A stretch of 64,000 bases of DNA from Phoronis australis (lineage: Eukaryota; Animalia; Phoronida): assembly GCA_002633005.1 (NCBI GenBank), contig NMRA01000332.1:259121-323120 (forward strand), given 5' to 3'. Shown in pieces: positions 54,401 through 64,000 of this stretch (the stretch's first letter is position 1; the number at the start of each line of letters is the position of its first letter). Position numbers and translations under genes: made by a program. The notes under the pieces were generated by a model. The model saw only the letters and a program-made list of their open reading frames with translations. It made no database searches and was not told the origin of the DNA.

Positions 54401-57400
54401 ATAATTAGTCTGCATGTTGTCCTGCCAGACAAAATACTGCATTCATCAGTTAACAAAGGAGCCAGATGTTATCAAACCTTCACAACCAGCATAATATGGT
54501 GTATTATAGAGAGTGTAGGAAGGGTTACATAAGTGAGACTAAACAGTCACTGAAGAACAGGATTTACCATGGATTATTCACCCAGCATCATTCAGATATT
54601 TACGAGACCTTCGCTTTTGACACCTAAACATGGTGAAACGCACCTTTGACTAAACACGCTAACTAATTTTGCAAGTCCACAGAAGAGTTTGAGAGTCAGT
54701 TAATTGAGTTTTCGCACGTGTGAACTGTGTGAGGCACCACATTAACACGTACACTCACTGTATATTTCAGGTAGTCTAGCTGAGTACATATCATTGCTCC
54801 AGAGGGTGTGATAGAGCTGTCCCAGATTCCACAGCGACACTCAAGTCTCGCTGTATTTGCCCACCATGCCGTAAACATCCGTCAGGCACATTTGCTGCCT
54901 CGTTTTTCATGCCACTGGAGTTTCACACGATATTTTTTGTTGTCTCATTCTTAACAAGTTTTTCTCGGTTGCATTACTCTATTGGTCCTTCCAATGTCAA
55001 CGAAGTATTGCTGCTGGGGTGTGACTCTGACGTGAAAAAGTTTGATAAACTGGACAAATACCCATGAATGTGTGATCTGACACCCGGCACCAATGAGAAA
55101 CACGAAAATGGGTCTGACTTCCAAAACTGGGTCACATCCTTTCTTATCTCCAACGCAAAAGAAAGTTCTATCACTCTGTAATCCAAGACGACCCTACTAA
55201 AGCGCTGACAAACCCGTGTTCCATCAAACAAATGAACGTGTGATTTAGACTTTAGATTTTGCCACATTAAAATTGGTTTCAATTTTTTACTTCTTCAGGT
55301 GAGAGGTAATTAATAGGCTCACAAACCGAACGTTCATAATTCCTCGAGACCATGCTCGGACCATAAAATGACAGGTTGTGACAAGCCAACCAGTAATAAG
55401 TAACTGTACAAGTAATAACGATAATTCATTTTTTTGAAGTCCAGAAATCACCTCTAATTTCATAATGGTAAATGGTCTGCAGGTTCATCGCCGTTTTAAA
55501 ACTTGCAGGAGCATGTGCGTAGCAATACTTACATACTGAAGATGGATCTGTGTAGCAACAATGAGAATAATCAACAGACTGTAACCTATATATTGGATCC
55601 AGTTCAGGAACTCCTGCAGAGATAAGAAAAATGACTGTTTAAAAGTCTGCAATAACAAGGTTCAATCAACAAGGCCTTTCCCACCAACTACAAGACCAAA
55701 AATGTTGAAATGCGACAAACGGTATGCTTCTAGGTGTGTTCATTAACATAAAAAATGGACAATAGGTGGAGTAGCCGAATTTCATGAAAATCCAACCAGT
55801 GTTTACTCCAAAGATACAGACGCAAACGTAATAAAATAGAATTGCTATTACGAGGCTTAGTGTTGGTTGGATCAGTCTGAAAGAAGTTGTCATCCGTTGC
55901 TACATTCATAGCACACAAAACCTGTAAGGGGTTTAGGAGATACCATAGTGGATTAGGAGATACCATTGTGGATGCAAAAAACAAACTTCACACCAGGGAG
56001 TGTCACAGTAATCCAACATATTCAAACATTAACATCAGTCCTTGTAGTTGTCAGTAGGATAACATCTGCCAATTTTCAGGGCTTGGAATGACCAATGACA
56101 AAAAAACGCGGAAACTTTTACGGCCCAAATCATGCGCGCTACCCAGCCTTGAAATGGTCGATGTGAACCTTTCCCCGACAAAAATCGGTGGGGCTAAAGA
56201 AAAAAGAAAGAAAAACGTTACCACCATCAGTAGCATGCGTCTGCGTCCTTTTAGCTCGTCCGTCCACTCCCAACCCACTGCAGAGCCGTCATTGTCGCCG
56301 CGGTTTACAATAACACGAGACTCCATTGAAAATCCCACCACGCTATCCCAGATGCCCCGGCAATGTTGACAATTTACGTTCCTCCAAAACATAAAGAGCA
56401 ACTTCCGCTTTTCGAGGTGAACGTCGTCTGCAAAGCCACGGTAAGAAAGGAATTTGCCGCGGAAATTTTATATCAAATCTGATTTTTTTTACGCGGAAAT
56501 ATAATAAAATGCGTGGACAGAACATTTGAAAAAAGCGGAAATCCACGTTTCCGCGGAAAATTCCAAGCCCTGAATTTTCTCAATGAACCTTTTGAGCAGT
56601 TTGGATGCTTAAGAGACTGGTACCAACAAAAATAATAAGCCTCAGGCCACCAGGTGGAGCACATTCAGGGCCCTCGATCCCCAGAGGGGTGCCCGTGCCC
56701 TCTGAATTTTTTGGGGTGAGCGGAAAATTCTACCATCTAATCAGCATTAATAGCACCCCCTAAACCTGTTGCAAGCGCTCATGGACCGTGTCTCAAGTAG
56801 CCAAAACTAACACTTTGTGCTTTTTCAAATTGTCACGTGCGAACTAAAAGTGATTCGGACCTTGATGGGAATTTTTCAATCATTTTTTGGCCTCGTGAGG
56901 AGAATTTCGCAAGATTTTCAATATTTTTCAGAGTGAATGGGGCTGTTTGTTTGAGAGACTGAGCAGACTGATAATGTGTCTGATGTGTTTGAAAATAAAG
57001 AGATACTATAGCACCAGAAAGCAGATGACCAGACAGAGATGATGACAATAGATACCCACACAGAGACCCTTCTTAACGCGCCATACAAAGGAGTCTTTCA
57101 GTGTTTATACCCCACTTGTCTTCATCGTGGAGCTGAAAACCAGGTATCCCAATAGTGTTCAGCACGAAAGAAAATGTAGCACCATGTAACTGTAATATTA
57201 AGGCCAAAAAAGCAAAGCTGGTTCTTGTCTCAGTTTAGTTCCTGAAGATTGAGTTGGTGGTGCCATTTTTTAATTGCTCACTCAAACAAGAGCAACGCAG
57301 AGCGTTGAAATGCGCCCACAATTGCACCGTATAAGGTATCCTTCTAGGGTTGTTTATTGGTACCATAAAGTGGCCAGTAGAGGGCATATATGTAGTATGT

Positions 57401-59247
57401 TGTACCGTAAATGTTCGGGTTAACGCCCTGGGCGGTTAAATTGGCAAACCCAAAAAATCGGGGGTGGGCGGTTAACCAGACATGTGCGCTTAAACGTGAA
57501 ATTTCAAGAAATCCAGGGTGGGCGGTTAACTTTGCAAAATGGAAAGGCATGGTCATTGTCTCCTCAATAGGCTAAGGGGCAAAATGTGAGTGATCTTCAT
57601 AATACAAGCACACCCTATACATCAGTTGCTTAAAGCACCACAGAAACATAGAATTAAAAACAAATTTACCAACATACGAGATTAGCACAGCATTAAAATG
57701 CCAGAAACAAATTTCTACTTGGAACTTTTCCTTCATAGTCACGAAGTAACACAAAGTATACACCTGAAGACCTATGAAAATACATAGGTCAATGTAAAAT
57801 ACTTAAATTGCCGCTAGAGGCATACCGGTAGGCAGAATCATCCTAAAGTCGTCATCGTCCGTTGTCAACATCACATAAATACACTTGCTAAATTTACTAA
57901 AGATCCAGGTGCAAACGGTTTGGGAGATACAGCCATGGGCGCAAAAAACTGCCACTAGGAGGCGCCACAGTAATCAAAGTCATGGGAAATTCAGCGTCAA
58001 CCGTCCTCTTCATAGTAAGAACATACATGCCAATTTTCACAATCATACTTAGAGCGGTTTGCTTGATAGAGGGGTGGACGTCAAAAAACAAACTCAAAAA
58101 CAATAAAAATGGCCACTGGGTGGCGCAAACTATGTCGAATCCATCTGAAAACGGGAGGATAGCATTATCTCACTAATAGGTGCCTACATACCAAATTTCA
58201 TGAAAATCCGTTCAGGACTTTTGAAGATGCAAAGGTAAGCGTAAAAAACTAAAATTGCCACTAGGGGACAGACCGGTAGTCGGATCCATCCGAAAGTTCG
58301 CGCATGCCGTCCCATTCATGATTGGAACATATGTGCCAAATTTCATGAACATATGTCAAAGGGTTTTGGAGATAGAGCAGCGGACGCCGGATGGACGGAC
58401 GAACGGACGGACAGAGATGACGGCATAATACGTCCACATATAAATATGTGGGCGTATAATAAAAATGATATTTTCATCATACAACTCCACAGAACCAAAT
58501 TGAGGTGGCCCAGATAGAAAGAAGTCAGGTCGTTAGTTACAGCAACACCAGTCAGATGGCGTAACATGACACATTAGCAAAGAGCCATTCATACCTTTTG
58601 AACATACCAATGTCTATTTGTTTAGAAATGTCTCAATACATTTTTTTTTTTAATTTGGTGATGGCAAGAGCAAGGCATTTTGCTTAATGATGAAATAATT
58701 TGTTGAAGTGACAGTCATTGAAGGTAAAATGAAGAACAAAGTAATCCTTTCAAGCTGATAATTGTTTGATATGCCACAACTGAACCATGACAAGGAAAAA
58801 CACGATTTGTAACTTGCAGAAAATAGTACTAGGGTTTTGGAGAGGGAATTGAACCCAGAGTTGCCTAGACACCTAATCTTGCTAATAAAAGTCAAATGGT
58901 CATCAAATGTCAACCCTTCACCTAGCAACATGCATAGCAGTTTAATTTTCCAATAGTGTAACAGGGATGTGCTCCTTGAACTATAGGGTCGGTGACACAG
59001 AATGATTCTGAAGATACAGTAATCACTGTACAATTTCGCACATTCTAATATTAGCACAGCCAAAATTAGTAAACAAAAACAATATTTTTACTGTTTTGTA
59101 AAATTGAACATGATGCAAATGGCCAGCACATTACTTTCTATTGGTGCACATTCCCTTTTGAATGCACACTGACCCAATTCCAAAAGTTTGTGTAACAATT
59201 CTTACCTGCTTTCGCATCTTAAGTTCAAACAATGAGACTTTCTTGGA
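51497..59247 (-). CDS. Candidate 3' exons of an unidentified gene (short exons)
   Basis: Exon-like segments with pyrimidine tract/AG and strong donors: 59247-59206 (42 nt, SKKVSLFELKMRKQ), 55547-55533 (15 nt), 52356-52327 (30 nt), and a terminal exon from 51538 (VQSVMASFATTSQ* in phase 0). No family recognised; reading frame ambiguous. Confidence 0.3.
56077..56572. mobile_element. hAT-like MITE with 6-bp TSD
   Basis: Perfect 13-bp TIR CAGGGCTTGGAAT/ATTCCAAGCCCTG; aatttt on both sides; repeated GCGGAAA subterminal motifs. Confidence 0.8.
57285..58460 (-). mobile_element. Near-complete HINE/DINE-1-like element with an internal insertion
   Basis: aacaagagcaacgcagagcgttgaaatgcgcccac (hairpin plus sub-TIR), central repeats of about 150 bp, (GGAC)n, and cgtccacatataaatatgtgggcgtata. 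A TACCGTA-initiated Tc1/mariner-like fragment is inserted at about 57403. Confidence 0.8.
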
Positions 59248-61968
59248 CTAGGTAGAACACGCAAACACATAGAAAAATAGAAAATGTGGTCAGCAAGGTC
59301 TAGGTTTCAATAAAATGGCAATAACAGACAATTGCTTTATCTTTAGAATACGCTTTGTTTCTGTTTTACATCATAGTGTACTTTGCATGTCCGAAGCTTT
59401 AGGTGACCAAAATATAAAACAAAACAATCAAAACGCCTGTTTGGTCCTAGTATACTTCAACTTATAACACATTTGATCAAGAAAACAGACTTTTCCATTT
59501 GTATTACTGTCAAAAACCTTTCTGTTAATTCAAACATTGGTTGCCAACATTTTGTACATTGGCGTTACAATATTTATGGCCATTCCACTTACTCCGCTCA
59601 CCCCCACCTCTTGAAAAATATATTTAATTTTGTGCAAATATGTAGATTTCCCATGTTCACCAAAACATTTCACACTTCTCTATTCCTTAACCACAGCAAA
59701 CTTCAGGGGTATTTTGATGATTAAGATAAGACCTCTAGTTGAGCTATTATGAGCACAAACCAGGCCAACCTGTCTGACAACTGGGCATGCTCAGACACTG
59801 CTATCACTAACAGCCACCTGTGTTCCCCAGTCACCAAACATAAAAGCTGCCAGTCATAAAGGTAAACAAGCCTGTGATCTATGCTGTTCAGATCCCAACC
59901 AGTATGGATAATTCTCAATTAACAGCCACAAAATGGATTTCAGAGTAGGTGTACAAATGTACTTTACAGTACCTAACAGGTGATTGTCCCCACAAGGAAT
60001 AATTTGTGGATAAAAATATCACCAACAAGAAATATTTTATTTTGACAAGAACAACAACGGGTATTTTTTTGTAATTGTTCTGAACACAACTACAACTTTT
60101 TATTTCAAGCATGTTCCCATAACTATACAGATTTCGCTAGAACAGCCAGGAGGGCGGAGGTTGAATTGCAAGAATTACAGATATAAAACACTTACTTTAT
60201 TGTCTATCAGGTCAAGAAAGCCATGACTGTGACTGACATTTTACACACCAACTTTATGGCCTATCTGAGGCCAAGAGAACTGTAGTGGCTCAGATTTTTT
60301 AATTGTTTCAAACGACAGAGATGTAAGGCTGTCAAAGATGAAGGTTTCAAACGATGAGATTTTGATGGGTGATAAATTGCAAGAGGCTTATATAATTATG
60401 GAATGTGTTCTGGAATGGAAAAAAAGTTCTCCAGTTTTGGTCAAGGTCGGAGCTCGCAAAAAATTTTAGAAATAGGCAGCACGGCCTTCCCAAATTCAAG
60501 AATTATGAGAATTTTGCACAAGTACATATTTTTTTCGACCATTTTATCTTAGACTTAATGCACAGTCCAATATTTGAGAAACATGTTGAATTATCCGCCC
60601 CAATCTTCAGAATCGAGAAAAATCAATTTTGGCTCGAATTAGAGGGTCCTAAATTTTAAGGACTGACCCAAATTGGAGAAGTTTTAGTGTCAGTTTAAAC
60701 TCTTGTGTCTGCTCTTCATAGCATCCCATAGAGAGTTCTGCACACTTGTAATACACCATTGACTGCAAATTTGAAGCATCCTATAGAGGCTTTTTCAGCA
60801 CCCTGTGGAGGACAACAGTTGAGTGACTGATTCTGATGTTATCACTCCACCTGTTTGAGATTACTCTTCTCTGAGTCTGATCTAAGATTGAGCATGGATA
60901 TAAATTATGTGTCCTCCCATATGCATTCTCTTCATTACTGCATGTCATTAGTATTTGGCAGTTATTGTTTTAGGTGGTAACACAAGAGTGTGTAACAGCC
61001 TGGGTCATCATGGTCTCTGCTATTCAGAATACATAGGGAGCAACAAAGCTGGACCTGCGTTATGAAGAATCAAGTTTGTGCCCTAATAAAAAATTTAACA
61101 TGCTTCCAGAAGGAATACTACAGCCAAGCTCCCCCCACCCCCCAATGTACACCCATCAGGCTCTAGTTTCGAAGTCATAATTGAAAATTTTCTACGGTTT
61201 GTAGTGTTACCAAATTGAACAGTCAACGATTGCCTAGGAAAAAACTTGATCAAACGAGGCTTTACAAGAAAAAGGACAGCATTTACTTCAGCAAATTTTT
61301 GGCTTATGTGCAAAATAAGAGGGTAAAGCTGCATTTCACCCTCTTTAGCTGGTTACAAACGGAAAATTGAATTGGGCCTTTTACTGTTACAAAATTGACG
61401 TCGTAACATTCTTTACCTTGATAGGATTTTATTTACATTACCAACAAGAACATAGGAATCATTAACAACTCAAGAAAACTCTTCAGAGTTTAATAGAGAT
61501 GGCCAACCCCAAAATTGTGAATTCGAAAATGGCAGATGTAGGCTTTGCCTGTGACAATTGAGTTGGTGACGGAAATGGAAACTTATCATTGAAAGGACTG
61601 ACACGAGACAACTTTTATGAAACTAAAAGGTCTAAATACTGTTTTTGTTTTTGCCAGACAAATACTGGGAGGTGCACCTTTAAGGAACAGTACGAGTACC
61701 ATAAGATCTCTTCAATACACATTTTCTTCTTCAGTACATGTATATGTTGCTCACACAGTTTCTGTCAGTAGGTTGATTTCCAAAAGTATACCCAGAATTA
61801 CATTTGGGACAATTGAAAAGGTAAAAGTGTGGAATTGGGGCTTGCAATCATAAATTTGTTCGTTTTCTTGGAAGCCTATCTCACAAAGGCATTTACACTG
61901 TACATATTAAGTGCCGACCAGACTTAACCATATTAAGAACTTCATTTGTTGTTACTTAAGGCTTGAGG

Positions 61969-62130
61969 ACTGTCTAGACACTATCTAAACTAGTGCAAAT
62001 AAGGTTTGGGGGGCTGTCTAGACGCTATCTAAACTAGTGCAAGTAAGGTTTGAGAGTTGTCCAGACGATATCTAAACTAGTGCAAGTATAAGGTTTGGGG
62101 GATCTCTGGACACAAACTTAAACTAGTGCA
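61969..62130. repeat. Minisatellite (about 43-bp unit), about 4 copies
   Basis: ctgtctagacactatctaaactagtgcaaataaggtttgggggg units. Confidence 0.85.
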
Positions 62131-62199
62131 ACATTTGTGACAACTTACTCCACTTTAAAAGAATATATAGACACTGAGGTTGGCCAGTAATGAAATATA

Positions 62200-62472
62200 A
62201 TATCAAATAAACACAGAAAAAACAGGAACCACAACTGGGAATCGAATCATAGGTCTCTAAATTGCTGGTCTAGTGCTCTTACCACTGAGCTTCTGAGGAC
62301 CCGATATCAGTGCAATTACTGTTCACAGCCAATTACGAGTTAACAGTTGGCTGTAAACAGTAATTGCACATCGGGTCCTCAGTAGCTCAGTCAGGTGACT
62401 GGACCGGCAATCTAGAAACCTGTAGTTCCATTCCCAGTTGGGGCTCCTGATTTTTCTGTGTTTATTTGATAT
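62200..62472. repeat. Palindromic element of two divergent tRNA(Ala)-like units
   Basis: Inverted arms of about 130 bp. Each contains GGGTCCTCAG(T/A)AGCTCAGT (A box), CT(A/G)GA-CC(A/G)GCAA-T(C/T)TAG anticodon-like arm, (G/A)TTC(G/C)ATTCCC (B box) and a T5-6 run. Confidence 0.75.
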
Positions 62473-64000
62473 ACACCTTATAAAGGTAGGGTTCCTTGTT
62501 CTAGGTTAACTTTATCACTGTGCAACCGCAAACATACCGGAAGTAATTATCTACAGCGCCGTACATTTCCATCACCTGGTCATTATCTTGTGCAGAGTGA
62601 CAACTATCCGTCTTGATCTAGTTATCGGAAATGTGTGCGTGTGCGGAAGCGGCGGTTAAGGTGGGGCGAGCTACACTGGTGCAAGATGTTCTAGGGTACG
62701 TCTGTGTGTGGACATGACTTTAGGCAAAGAGACACCTAGACACGACTAACCAATAGTTTATCAACAAAGGTGGCAATTAAAATTATTACACAAGCAGTAA
62801 ATTATATAAGAAATGACTCACCCATAGTTTATCTACAAAGATAGCTATTAAAAACATTTCCAGGAAGGAATGAGCGTTTAAGATACGCCAAGACCACATG
62901 ATGATCCATCCTGTAGTAGATTGTATTATCTGCAGTTGTGCTGCCTGAAAACAAAGCAGATTTCATTAGCAAAATATTATCAGTAGTCTAACACAAAATG
63001 ATTGTGGAAACACTGAGGTGTGCAACAAGTATCCTAGGCACAGAAACAGGAAGGGGGAGGGCTACTAATGATGATGCAGACATAGGGGGGGTAACTTCAA
63101 ATTGCTCCATTACACCAATACTAAAGTAAAATGTCACCAATTTAGCACATAAAATGATGACTAAGTGAAATTTTTTCTCACTTTTTCATAAAAGACATGC
63201 CGCACCGTATTAATGCTTTGCCATATTCAAGTTTTGTACCATAGTCACCGTCCGAAACTGTCTTGACACAGTGTGGGCATTCACAACAAAAGACCTTCAA
63301 AAACAAAATAAAGGTATGACAGAACCTCATCATGATAGTTGCCAAACTGCCTCGTTTTAAATTGTCAAGGTCATCTAAAATTGTCAGCTGGTAAACATGG
63401 TACAGAATTTGAAAATGGAGAAGCATTCATTTGAAGCTGAATATCCTTTACGGAAATGAGAAATATGAAATTCCACTAATGTCCTAAATTGGTGAGGTTT
63501 TACCTTAACTAGAATAGCTTTTCAGTGTAGCACGGTCCATAGCACATAGACCCCTGTGGATTAGTGATTGTCAGTTTCTCCATTTTCATTCTAAACAGTT
63601 GTGAATACCTAGGATTTTTCTGTAAGATAGAAGCTGTGATGCAGAACGTGAAAATGACAGACGCCATTTGGTGTCACTTATCTGTACTGACAAAACAAGA
63701 AAATAAAAAGTCCATTTGCACACATAATGCTGTACCCTAAATTGATGAGATTTGTGTAAATTACATGGATATTGGCACTACGAGAAACTCTGTATCAAGC
63801 TTTCAAACAAAAGGTTAATAGTCGTGTTTTCAATGAAGTTTGTGTTCATGAAGGGCTGCTTTAAGAACTATACGGATTATGGCAAAGAGAATGCCATGCA
63901 AAAGACCAGATCTGCCATGTACGGTGAAGGCTTTGAATTTAGCACAAAATAAAACTCTGGTAAAATTGTCCACATGTCAAAAATGTAAGCAGACCCGAAG

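Noticed and set aside
62225-62447. Functional tRNA-Ala genes
   Set aside because: Acceptor stems and boxes are imperfect, the right unit has a deletion in the D arm, and both are arms of a palindromic repeat.

Overview
AT-rich eukaryotic DNA from a draft animal genome with N-gaps; a marine invertebrate is my inference from the repeat families. It is not prokaryotic, and there is no CRISPR array or rRNA. Three spliced genes could be rebuilt by hand with consistent intron phases. (1) The 3' part of RIMOC1/C5orf51 (+, 950-4389). (2) A complete DPH2 (-, 6 coding exons, about 475 aa), convergent with RIMOC1. (3) An unnamed 279-aa protein (+, 26810-33900) with signal peptide, NtA/TIMP-like domain, Pro/Thr-rich stalk and a probable GPI signal. 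Short exon-like segments at 51.5-63.3 kb (-) may be the 3' end of a fourth, unidentified gene. Most of the rest is transposon-derived: Helentron-type HINE/DINE-1-like elements, PIF/Harbinger, ISL2EU (THAP), IS3EU-like, pogo-like, hAT and Mutator-like MITEs, and LINE fragments. Several near-identical duplications flank N-gaps and are probably uncollapsed haplotypes; one exposes a presence/absence RNase H retroposon insertion. The most notable observations are CTCF-like motifs about every 150 bp inside the HINEs, a back-to-back twin tRNA-like palindrome, a tRNA-box-linked hammerhead ribozyme, and an in-frame uORF in DPH2 whose stop codon is created by a splice junction. All calls are by eye; no database searches were run.
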